Shown: one piece after another, positions 8,854-17,213 of the stretch
Position numbering within the stretch: position 1 is the first letter of the stretch
Layout: the number at the start of each line of letters is the position of its first letter
Source: Methanobacteriota archaeon
GTDB lineage: Archaea; Thermoplasmatota; Poseidoniia; Poseidoniales; Poseidoniaceae
Direction: 5' to 3'
DNA: 64,000 nt
NCBI GenBank assembly: GCA_018650165.1
Contig: JABIGM010000050.1
Location: 32,001-96,000 of the forward strand
Program-made: the position numbers and the translations under genes
The notes under the pieces: generated by a model
What the model was told of the DNA's origin: nothing
Seen by the model: only the letters and a program-made list of their open reading frames with translations
The model's database searches: none

Positions 8854-10551
8854 TCACTGGTCTTCATCAGAGTCACTACCGTCCCATTCGCCGCTTTCAA
8901 GTGCTGCCAATTTTGCTTTGGCTTCGGCGGCTTGGGCTGCTCTTTTCTCAGGATCGTCAATCGTAAATTCGGAAATAAGCATTATCGCATCGCCGCTAGA
9001 AATCATACCTTCGAATTCCTTGATTTCTCCACCTGCATTACAGATTACTTTGAAACTGGTAGGGTCCTTAGAACGGCGCTTCTTGTGTTTCTTGTAGTGG
9101 TGCACATAGGCCTTGTAAGTTCCACCTGGTGCTTTACCTTCTGGCCAAACTACATTCTCAACTGGCTTCTTTGATTCTGGCCTTACATTGGCATCGACAT
9201 CTAATTCTCCACCGCAAGCAGACTCCCTGTTACCACCATGAATTCTTTCTCCTGATGGGCAGACTACATGCAAATCTAAATCATTATAATTATTCCATAT
9301 CAATGAAATTTGTACATCAGATGATTTTGCACCTTCTCTCTCAAGTCTCTCTTTGAGTTCTTTCATTGCTTCCTGAGTTGCCTTAATAGATTCAAGTTCA
9401 GCAGCCTCATTCTCAACTATCTCTGCCAATCTTTGTTCTTCGGCTTCTGCTAATTCTATTTGACGAGTTTCTTCTAACTCAGTTGCAAGTCTCTCTTCCT
9501 CAGCAATCTTCTCGGTTTCCTCTTCCATGATTGCTTGTTCTATCTCCTCTTCTGTTCCTCTTTCATCAGGGGCATCGAGTGTGAACTCGCATACTAACAT
9601 GATTGGGTCCCCATGAGACAATTCAGATTCATAATGAGCGATTGTTCCACCGGTATTGCATACAACTCTGAACTTAGTCGGGTCTTTAGAACGGCGTTTA
9701 TTGTGCTTCTTGTAATGGTGAACATACACTTTGTAGTCGCCCGGTGGTGCTTTGAAATCAGGCCAAACTATATTTTCAACAGGTTTCTTAGTTTCTGGAC
9801 GAACATTAGCGTCAACATCTAATTCACCGCCACATTCTGAGGTTTTATTTCCTCCATGAATTCTTTCGCCGGAAGGACACAATACATGTAAATCCAAATC
9901 ATTGTAATTGTCCCACATGAGTGAGACTTGAACTTCAGAAGACTTGGCACCTTCTCTTTCCAACCGATTCATCAAGTCGCGTTCGGCCTGTTCCGAAGCC
10001 ATCTGTGCTTCGAGTTCTTCTGATTCTTCTGAGGCCTCGATTTCTGCTTGTCGCACCTCTTCGGCTTCTTCCAGTTCCTGTTGGCGCTCTATTTCTCGCT
10101 CTTCAGCAAGTCGCTTCTCTTCTGCCAAACGTTCTGCTTCGCGCTCTTCAGCAAGTTTCCTGGCCTCTTCTAATTCAGCCTCACGTTGTGCTTCGTACTC
10201 CGCTTTGAGTCTTGCTTCTTCGGCTTCTTCTTCTGCTAAACGTGATTTTTCTTCGTCGATTAATTTTTTTGCTGCATCATCAGCAAGAGACTTACGAGCT
10301 TCTTCCTCTGCTAGTAAAATGGCCCTTTCATCTCTACGTTTTGAAGCAAGGTGCCTTTCTATCTCTGCTAGTTTCCGGTCAAAATCGTTGTGCGCTTTGG
10401 AAAAATCAGGGCTACCTCTGCGTGTTAAGTCTTGACGTTGGATAGTCATACTCCGGCTAGCACGGTCATCCTTTCGAACCAGCATAAACCAGATCCCAAA
10501 TAGAAACGCCCCTCCTAAAAGGCCAATCATTAACCAAGATACGAGGTCCAT
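8854..10551 (-). CDS. Membrane-anchored coiled-coil protein with two YfaP/DUF2135-like domains
   Basis: N-terminal TM; E/A/R-rich coiled coils; two copies of VQxSLxWxNYNDLDLHVxCPSGERIHGGNxxSxCGGELDVDANV...PVENxVWP. Confidence 0.7.
   Translation of the reverse strand: MDLVSWLMIGLLGGAFLFGIWFMLVRKDDRASRSMTIQRQDLTRRGSPDFSKAHNDFDRKLAEIERHLASKRRDERAILLAEEEARKSLADDAAKKLIDEEKSRLAEEEAEEARLKAEYEAQREAELEEARKLAEEREAERLAEEKRLAEEREIERQQELEEAEEVRQAEIEASEESEELEAQMASEQAERDLMNRLEREGAKSSEVQVSLMWDNYNDLDLHVLCPSGERIHGGNKTSECGGELDVDANVRPETKKPVENIVWPDFKAPPGDYKVYVHHYKKHNKRRSKDPTKFRVVCNTGGTIAHYESELSHGDPIMLVCEFTLDAPDERGTEEEIEQAIMEEETEKIAEEERLATELEETRQIELAEAEEQRLAEIVENEAAELESIKATQEAMKELKERLEREGAKSSDVQISLIWNNYNDLDLHVVCPSGERIHGGNRESACGGELDVDANVRPESKKPVENVVWPEGKAPGGTYKAYVHHYKKHKKRRSKDPTSFKVICNAGGEIKEFEGMISSGDAIMLISEFTIDDPEKRAAQAAEAKAKLAALESGEWDGSDSDEDQ
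8960..9965 (-). repeat. Internal domain duplication (about 8960-9348 and 9580-9965)
   Basis: Two about 125-aa copies, near-identical at protein level but diverged at synonymous positions, separated by a charged helical linker. Confidence 0.85.
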
Positions 10552-10653
10552 GTGCGGGCCTAAGATAAACTGGGACTTATTACCATCGGCTATTAATAAC
10601 GGGTAATATTGGAATTTTGTTTAATATACTAATCATATAATCGTTTAACAGGG

Positions 10654-10690
10654 ACAAGCCATACTTGTAATCTATAAGTTATTTCTTATA
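10654..10690. promoter_or_regulatory. Tandem inverted repeats ACAAG-N5-CTTGT and TATAAG-N6-CTTATA in an AT-rich divergent promoter
   Basis: Arms at 10654-58/10664-68 and 10673-78/10685-90; the second overlaps a TTATA element about 22-26 nt upstream of ATG 10712. Confidence 0.4.
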
Positions 10691-10711
10691 TGATTATGCA
10701 AACAATAAATT

Positions 10712-11371
10712 ATGCGCGAGGTACAACTGAAGTGGTCACCCGAATCAATTTCTAAATCAGAAATTGGATTGATCACAAATGTTGCTTCTTCGTATGAAGT
10801 GGTGGCCCATCTTGAAGTAGCTAAAGATGGTGTGCGGCAACTTGTCAAAATTAAATTTAAAGAAGAAAGGGGCCCTGATGACCTGATGAAAATACCATTT
10901 TTGATTGTCGAGGGCCCAATGCGGCCACATCCATTGCCTGAGAATGGAGGTACTGGCTACATTGTAGTTTGGAATAACCACCCATTATCTGTTGCCGCAA
11001 TTAATTTCGATAGCCTGCATGTCATCCCTCCATATGTAATCGGAGAAGATGGTGTCCAAATCACAATACGTGGCCTTCCTGAAGGTGTTAGTGGATTTCT
11101 AAAAGTAGCAAGAGTGATGTTGCCTCCAGACAGTATTAATGTGGTTGATATTGCCGAAATGGAAGATACTATTCTGAAAATACTTACACCCAAACAACTT
11201 GAAATATCGATACTAGCAGTTCGTTCAGGCTACTATGAGAGCCCTCGTAAAATTAGCAAAAAGGAATTATCTGACTTATCCAATATTCCTCGTTCGACTC
11301 TTCAAGAACATTTGGCCAAAGCTGAAGCCGCATTGGTCGACTGGGCTGTAAAAACACATCTCTCCAAGTGA
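10712..11371 (+). CDS. Bat-like (HTH_10) transcriptional regulator
   Basis: C-terminal LTPKQLEISILAVRSGYYESPRKISKKELSDLSNIPRSTLQEHLAKAE matches the haloarchaeal bacterio-opsin-activator HTH pattern (LT.rQ...l..A...GY...PR.....eLA..l.is.sT...HLrkAE). Confidence 0.85.
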   Translation: MREVQLKWSPESISKSEIGLITNVASSYEVVAHLEVAKDGVRQLVKIKFKEERGPDDLMKIPFLIVEGPMRPHPLPENGGTGYIVVWNNHPLSVAAINFDSLHVIPPYVIGEDGVQITIRGLPEGVSGFLKVARVMLPPDSINVVDIAEMEDTILKILTPKQLEISILAVRSGYYESPRKISKKELSDLSNIPRSTLQEHLAKAEAALVDWAVKTHLSK

Positions 11372-11375
11372 GAAA

Positions 11376-11388
11376 GTATTGTCAATAC
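11376..11388. promoter_or_regulatory. Palindrome GTATTG-T-CAATAC upstream of the aro operon
   Basis: Perfect 6-bp arms directly after a purine-rich GAAA, 20 nt upstream of ATG 11409; followed by a C9 run (11393-11401). Confidence 0.45.
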
Positions 11389-11408
11389 ACCACCCCCCCC
11401 CTGTAAAC

Positions 11409-12179
11409 ATGAGCGACATTGAATCACTGTTGCCAAACGGAAAAGGCGTTTGGATTCCGATTGATCATGGAGTCTCCGATTATCCAGTTGTAGGTTTAGA
11501 AAACCTTGATGATTTGATTGCTAGTATCTCGCATGCAGATGCTATTGTTGCGCAAAAAGGTGTTGTATCACAATACGCTTCAAGTGAAGTGAGCATGGTT
11601 GCACATTTATCCGTATCGACTAGGCATTCAGGCGCCAGGTCTAGCGATAAAGTGCTTGTAGGAAGTGTTGAAGAATCATTGTCAAGGGGTGCAAGGGGAG
11701 TCAGCGTACAAGTCAATCTTGGAAGTCCAGATGAACCTGAAATGGTTGAACGCTTGGGCATGATTACCAATGAGGCTCATTTCCTAGATTGCCCAGTATT
11801 GGGCATGGTATATCCACGTGGAGAGAATCTCAACATTATGGATACTGATGATACTGAAGGCGCCGCTCATGCTGCAAGATTAGCATTTGAAATGGGATGT
11901 AGTGTAGTGAAGACAAAATGGACTGGTTCTATTGAATCATTCCGTAAAGTGACATCTGCTGTCCCAATACCTGTACTAATCGCTGGAGGTCCTGCTAATA
12001 ATACTACAAAGCAAATCCTCACCACTGTTTACCAAGCAATGCAAGCAGGTGGTAGTGGTGTTTGTATGGGGAGACAAGTATTCTCACATGAATCTCCAGG
12101 AAAAATGGTAAGTGCACTTCTAGCAATTGTTCATGATGGTCTGGAAGTAGAACAAGCCATGGAACTTACAGGATTGTGA
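11409..12179 (+). CDS. 2-amino-3,7-dideoxy-D-threo-hept-6-ulosonate (ADH) synthase, AroA' (DhnA-type class I aldolase)
   Basis: IPIDHGVS, DAIVAQKGV, GSVEESLSRGARGVSVQVNLGS, MVYPRG, AHAARLAFEMGCSVVKT, PVLIAGGP, GVCMGRQVF; context next to AroB'. Confidence 0.85.
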   Translation: MSDIESLLPNGKGVWIPIDHGVSDYPVVGLENLDDLIASISHADAIVAQKGVVSQYASSEVSMVAHLSVSTRHSGARSSDKVLVGSVEESLSRGARGVSVQVNLGSPDEPEMVERLGMITNEAHFLDCPVLGMVYPRGENLNIMDTDDTEGAAHAARLAFEMGCSVVKTKWTGSIESFRKVTSAVPIPVLIAGGPANNTTKQILTTVYQAMQAGGSGVCMGRQVFSHESPGKMVSALLAIVHDGLEVEQAMELTGL

Positions 12180-12183
12180 AATT

Positions 12184-13155
12184 ATGCAGGTTTGGCTCGA
12201 ATCTGGTACACGCCAAGAAGGTGTGGACCTATTACTTGGTGAAGATTTACTTGTTGATGGTGCTGCTCTATACATTGAAGGACGCCAAGTTGGAAGGAAG
12301 GTCGATGTAAGCAACGCAGATGGACAAGCAAGAGCAAGAGCAATGGCGGGTAGTGTCGAATGGATATTACTTGATCTCGGTGAATGGAAAATGATCCCAA
12401 TTGAAAATATTGTTGCGGTTTGTGATGGTTGCCCGACAAAGGTCGCAGCCCGTATATCTTCATCTGAACAAGTTCTCGGGGCTGCATTTGCATTACAAAT
12501 AGGAGTTGATGCTTTGCTGGTCACTGAAGATATCCTTCCAACCGCCCTTATTGCAAAATCTCAACGAGGAGAAATAACCCACGTTTCATCTGAAATTGAA
12601 AAAGTGCCTTTCGCTCTATCTGAATTAGAAGTTATTGAAGTAAAAGAAGGAGGCATAGGGGACCGAGTTTGTGTGGACCTTACTTCAATGCTAGATATTG
12701 GAGAAGGGATGTTGGTTGGTTCCAGTGCATCATCCATGGTTTTAGTTCATGGAGAGACCATTGAATCTGAATTCGTACCGACTCGGCCATTTAGAGTAAA
12801 TGCCGGTGCATCTCATTCTTACATTCTGAAAGGTGATGGTTCTACTTCTTACCTTTGTGAACTGAAAATGGGTGATGAAGTAATGGTTATTGGCGCCACA
12901 GGAACATCACGAATTGCAACGGTGGGACGTATTAAAATTGAACGAAGGCCGTTTTTGTTATTTCGTTGGAAGGATGACAACCATAATGAGGCAGGTACAC
13001 TTCTTCAGCAAGCAGAGACCGTACGACTTGCCACCTCATCTTTCGACTTTGTATCAATTACAGAACTCGTAGTGGGCACGAAATTAATGGGATGGAGTGG
13101 CGGTGTTGGCCGCCATGTAGGCATGCCAATCAGTGCAGAGGTAATTGAAAAATAG
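12184..13155 (+). CDS. 3-dehydroquinate synthase II (AroB')
   Basis: WKMIPIENIVA, GDRVCVDLTSML, GMLVGS, VPTRPFRVNAGASHSY, GRIKIERRPFL, QQAETVRL. Confidence 0.92.
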   Translation: MQVWLESGTRQEGVDLLLGEDLLVDGAALYIEGRQVGRKVDVSNADGQARARAMAGSVEWILLDLGEWKMIPIENIVAVCDGCPTKVAARISSSEQVLGAAFALQIGVDALLVTEDILPTALIAKSQRGEITHVSSEIEKVPFALSELEVIEVKEGGIGDRVCVDLTSMLDIGEGMLVGSSASSMVLVHGETIESEFVPTRPFRVNAGASHSYILKGDGSTSYLCELKMGDEVMVIGATGTSRIATVGRIKIERRPFLLFRWKDDNHNEAGTLLQQAETVRLATSSFDFVSITELVVGTKLMGWSGGVGRHVGMPISAEVIEK

Positions 13156-13163
13156 GTGAAAGA

Positions 13164-14045
13164 ATGGCAGTTTTAGGCTCAGGCTCTTCTAATGGTGGGT
13201 GCAGTCTCCTCCATGCAGCAGGGCTTGGCTATGGCGCCTCATTGGCTCTTGACCTTCCAGTAAAGGTTAGATTATTGGATAAATCTCCAAAAAAGGAATT
13301 GGTTGACCCTGATGGATTGTTGGCTGCTGTGATAGAAGCATGGAGTAATTCTTCACTTCCTTTACCAGATTACGAGTTGTTTTGGTCGGTTAAATCCAAA
13401 GTTCCCCCTAGACAAGGACTGAAATCTAGTGCTGCAGTTTCTGTTGCAGCGATTCGTGCATTATGTGCCGCTACAGATACTGAACTAGATAATTCTCAGA
13501 TTGTTGATCTTTCTGCTGCTGCTCAGTTAGCAGCAGGAGTCTCACTTACCGGTAGCTATGATGATTCGTGGGCAGCGGTTGAAGGTGGTTGGAAACTCGT
13601 TGATATTAATGCACAAGATGCACGTTCAGGTGTTCTTTTGGAATCTAAAGGGCCATCTTCGGATGATTGGAATGTGCTGTTGATCTTAAGAGGTGACCGT
13701 GAAGAAAGGCCTGCGATTGATGACTTTACTTACCACCAACAAGCATTTTCACAGGCACTTAGTGCTTTACAAGAGGGTAAAGATTTGGTAGCACTAACTT
13801 GGAATGGCAGAGGTGTTGTTGGAGCATTAAATGACCCTGAAGGCCGTAGAATGACAAATGATGCCTTCGTAAATGGTGCAAGAGCCGCTGGAATGAGTGG
13901 CTCGGGGCCAGCAATTGTGATTTTTGCCCCTGCAATAAGCAAACCTACACTTGAACGGTTATCTAAATGGTATGAACGATTTGGTGATGTCGAAGTTATC
14001 AAAACTACAGTAATTAATGCAGTATTCGAAGAGAGTGATGAATAA
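13164..14045 (+). CDS. aroK: Archaeal shikimate kinase (GHMP family)
   Basis: GLGYGASLALDL, VPPRQGLKSSAAVS, AGVSLTGSYDD, AAGMSGSGPA. Confidence 0.9.
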   Translation: MAVLGSGSSNGGCSLLHAAGLGYGASLALDLPVKVRLLDKSPKKELVDPDGLLAAVIEAWSNSSLPLPDYELFWSVKSKVPPRQGLKSSAAVSVAAIRALCAATDTELDNSQIVDLSAAAQLAAGVSLTGSYDDSWAAVEGGWKLVDINAQDARSGVLLESKGPSSDDWNVLLILRGDREERPAIDDFTYHQQAFSQALSALQEGKDLVALTWNGRGVVGALNDPEGRRMTNDAFVNGARAAGMSGSGPAIVIFAPAISKPTLERLSKWYERFGDVEVIKTTVINAVFEESDE

Positions 14046-14087
14046 TCACATTGATGAATAGAAGCCTTCTCAATCGTGTTGATACTA

Positions 14088-15077
14088 ATGCGCATGAGCT
14101 TGGGTGAGAGTATGATTGTCACTCTCTTTGGAGAGTCTCATGGCCCCGCAGTAGGCGCACTTATAGAAGGAATGCCACCAAATATCGAACTTGATTTAGA
14201 ACAATTAATCGACGACATGGTGTCGCGTAGACCTGGTTCAGGTCTTGCAAGCAAAAGGAAAGAAACCGACGATGTTGAAATTATGTCAGGTGTCCATGCT
14301 GGTAAGACCACAGGGATGCCAATTCTCTTATTGATAAAGAATGAAGATGTTCGCTCTAAGGATTATTCATTTTTACCTTATCAACCACGTCCGGGACATG
14401 TTGATCATCCAATTAATGTCAAGACCGAAGGTGCTGCAGATTTACGAGGTGGTGGCTCTTTTTCTGCTAGGCTAACAGCCGGGCTTGTCGCAGCATCGTC
14501 AATTTCTAGAAAAGTAATTCCAGATGAATGGGTTGTTGAAGCAACTATAGGTGCACTAGGTGGTAAAGAAGGTGAAGATGGTATTGCACTTGCTGAACAA
14601 GCACGAAAAGAGGGAGATTCGCTTGGAAGTAGAGTCGATCTAGTAATTTCAGGTTTGCCAGTTGGTCTAGGAGAACCGTGGTTTGATGGCCTTGAACCCG
14701 CTTTAGCAAGAGCGTTGATGGCAATACCTGCTGCTAGAGCTGTTGAGTTTGGCAGAGGTGTTCGCGCAGGCGAAATGCGAGGGAGCCAGCACAATGACAA
14801 ATGGGGTAAAGGCATGACTCTTTCAGAGGGCGCTGATGGTGCACTTGGAGGAATGGCTAGTGGAGCGCCGATTAGGGTAAGAATAACCTTCAAACCACCA
14901 AGCGGTATATCTTTGCCACAAAAAACATTCAATGAAATATCAGGAGTAATGGAGGAGTTAGCAATCAAAGGAAGGCATGACCCTGTCATCGCTCCACGCG
15001 CACGACCTGTTGTCGAAGCAGTTGCACGACTTGTCATTGCAGATTTGGCGATTCGCGGAGGATATATCGATGAGTGA
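14088..15077 (+). CDS. aroC: Chorismate synthase
   Basis: LFGESHGPAVG, SKRKETD, PRPGHVD, GGGSFSARLT, AIPAARAVEFG, FKPPSGI, GRHDPVIAPRA. Start 14088 or 14094. Confidence 0.92.
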   Translation: MRMSLGESMIVTLFGESHGPAVGALIEGMPPNIELDLEQLIDDMVSRRPGSGLASKRKETDDVEIMSGVHAGKTTGMPILLLIKNEDVRSKDYSFLPYQPRPGHVDHPINVKTEGAADLRGGGSFSARLTAGLVAASSISRKVIPDEWVVEATIGALGGKEGEDGIALAEQARKEGDSLGSRVDLVISGLPVGLGEPWFDGLEPALARALMAIPAARAVEFGRGVRAGEMRGSQHNDKWGKGMTLSEGADGALGGMASGAPIRVRITFKPPSGISLPQKTFNEISGVMEELAIKGRHDPVIAPRARPVVEAVARLVIADLAIRGGYIDE

Positions 15078-16314
15078 TATTGTAGTTCACAAATTTGGCG
15101 GTTCCTGTCTTCGAGAAGGCAGTGATATCGACAGAATTGCTGAAATTATACAAAAAACACCAGGTAAGCCATTGATAGTAGTATCTGCCCTCTGGGGAAT
15201 GACTGACCGGCTATACAGGGCAGCCAGAGAACCTCATTATGCTGGACGATTAGTTCAGGATGTCACATCTCAGCACCTACTGTTTGCACCAGGGCTAGAT
15301 TCCGGCGATTTCAGTCAATTATTCAACCAAGTAATTTCTGGTATTTCTATGGAATTGGTTAAATTATCAGGTGGTGAACCATCATTACGATCTGAAAATT
15401 TAATTTTAGCCGCAGGAGAAAGACTGAGCGCCCTTGCTGTTGCACATCGACTACGTTCGATGGGAATGAATGCTCATCCTGTTGGTGCAGAAGATATTGG
15501 GTTAAAACTCAAAGGAACTGGACGTGCAAGTCAGATTGATATTGAAGCGTCATCCCAGAGTTTAAAGCGCGGGAATTTGATTGGCATTCCAATACTAACT
15601 GGATGGTTTGGTGAAGGGTCGGATGGTGATATTGCGATACTCTCAAGAGGAGGATCGGACCATTCTGCTGCTGCTTTTGCAAATTTAATGAATGCAAAGA
15701 AATTGATTCTTTGGAAAGATATTGATGGAATAAAACAATTGAATCCAAGATGGGGAATCGATACTCCAGCGATACCTTACCTCGGCTATGGGCAAGCCGC
15801 TGAATTATCGATACATGGCACACCTGTGATTCACCCAGCGACAGTCACTCCACTCATTGAACAAGGAATTCCTCTTGAGGTTCGCAACATAAATGCTCCA
15901 TTCGTAAAGGCACCTACAGTAATTGGACCGGACATCACCCCTTCATCTGCAATTGCAATTGGTTGTCATCCAGGCGTAGCAGTAATAACGCAAAGGAATT
16001 CAATCAATAGCGAATTATTGGCCCGATTGGAACAGGCTGATGTTCACCCGTGGTTGATGAACTCAACACCAGAGGAAATGCGGATGATCATCCCTACGCA
16101 TGAAATAAAGCATATCTCTGATTTGATAGAGGGCAGCATTGAGTACAAAACTGCAGTCATATCGATAATTGGTAGTTTTGATTATACCTCGATTGATTAT
16201 GAGGTTGTATCTACTAACGAATATGGAACTCGATATATCATAGAAACAAAGGACTTACATCAAGCCCTACGTAACTTGTATCAGTCCTTGTTTTCTCTCC
16301 AAGATTGCAAGTGA
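15070..16314 (+). CDS. lysC: Aspartate kinase
   Basis: VVHKFGGSCL, IVVSALWGMTD, ILAAGERLSA, LSRGGSDHSAA, WKDIDGI, VIHPATV. ATG 15070 overlaps the aroC stop. Confidence 0.88.
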   Translation: MSDIVVHKFGGSCLREGSDIDRIAEIIQKTPGKPLIVVSALWGMTDRLYRAAREPHYAGRLVQDVTSQHLLFAPGLDSGDFSQLFNQVISGISMELVKLSGGEPSLRSENLILAAGERLSALAVAHRLRSMGMNAHPVGAEDIGLKLKGTGRASQIDIEASSQSLKRGNLIGIPILTGWFGEGSDGDIAILSRGGSDHSAAAFANLMNAKKLILWKDIDGIKQLNPRWGIDTPAIPYLGYGQAAELSIHGTPVIHPATVTPLIEQGIPLEVRNINAPFVKAPTVIGPDITPSSAIAIGCHPGVAVITQRNSINSELLARLEQADVHPWLMNSTPEEMRMIIPTHEIKHISDLIEGSIEYKTAVISIIGSFDYTSIDYEVVSTNEYGTRYIIETKDLHQALRNLYQSLFSLQDCK

Positions 16315-17201
16315 GTTGGAAGGTCTAAGATGAAAAGACCGCCAACGATTATGAATACAAAGAGAGTACCTAGTGCCACTCCATAAACCGAAATCAATTC
16401 TACTGATTCTTCCATTCGAAGGGCGGTTTGTTCCGAGAATAGGCTAATGAAGGCTGGTAGAATTGTATTTACTGAAAGTACCAGCATTGCAAGCGTTCCA
16501 GCAATTAGTGGATTGATAACTAATGAACGGTGGTATTTACCAATAATTTTCTTGACATTCATGACATAAACTTCACGGGTTCTGATAGAAGTATCAAGCA
16601 TACTGAATCGGAGTACACCATTAGATAGTTCGAAATACATTACAAGGAGGACGGCATAGATTACCACAAGAATAGTTAGCATCAATTCACTTTCCATAAA
16701 TGCTTCACCAAACAAGTCTTGTGAAAATGAAACCTTTGAAGATGCAAATCTCATTACAGATAGGATGAATAAAACATAAGATACTAACAAGAATCTAGCA
16801 TCTCTGAACATTGTGCCCCAGAATCCAGTTCCTACTGCACAGACTACAACCATTATTTGGAGTATACTTGCTACTGTCATTGAGCCTGTTACTGTAAACC
16901 AAATAGTTCCGACTGCAGGTGTAACGATGTAAGTTAGAATACCCAATGCGATGAGAACGCCATAGCACCCAAGTTGAAGGTTTTGCACCATCTTATCCGC
17001 AGGTAAGAATTTCATTTTTGGGACTAGGGGGCCACCCAATAAGCTCTCAATGAAAGTAGGAATCTCGACTGTTGGAATTGCATCCTTCGGGATTTCTCCT
17101 GAAGAAGAAGAGGTTCCTGCAAGCTTCTTTCTAGAAGGTGCAGAAGAGCGGACGGTTTTTCCGTCATATAGATGGGCTGTGTCACCGGACTTTGTCGCCA
17201 T
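16281..17201 (-). CDS. Hypothetical polytopic membrane protein, last gene of the MoxR cluster
   Basis: Soluble N-terminus then several hydrophobic segments; GGAGGG SD; 12 bp downstream of the DUF58 gene. Confidence 0.65.
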   Translation of the reverse strand: MATKSGDTAHLYDGKTVRSSAPSRKKLAGTSSSSGEIPKDAIPTVEIPTFIESLLGGPLVPKMKFLPADKMVQNLQLGCYGVLIALGILTYIVTPAVGTIWFTVTGSMTVASILQIMVVVCAVGTGFWGTMFRDARFLLVSYVLFILSVMRFASSKVSFSQDLFGEAFMESELMLTILVVIYAVLLVMYFELSNGVLRFSMLDTSIRTREVYVMNVKKIIGKYHRSLVINPLIAGTLAMLVLSVNTILPAFISLFSEQTALRMEESVELISVYGVALGTLFVFIIVGGLFILDLPTHLQSWRENKD

Positions 17202-17213
17202 AATATTCCCTCC

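Noticed and set aside
10652-10662. 11-mer GGACAAGCCAT shared with 57403-57413
   Set aside because: A single match of this length between intergenic regions is expected by chance, and the positions relative to start codons differ.
14405-15037. 210-aa antisense ORF and the many other 60-165 aa ORFs nested in annotated genes
   Set aside because: All overlap well-supported genes on another frame or strand and have no motifs or SD; treated as spurious.
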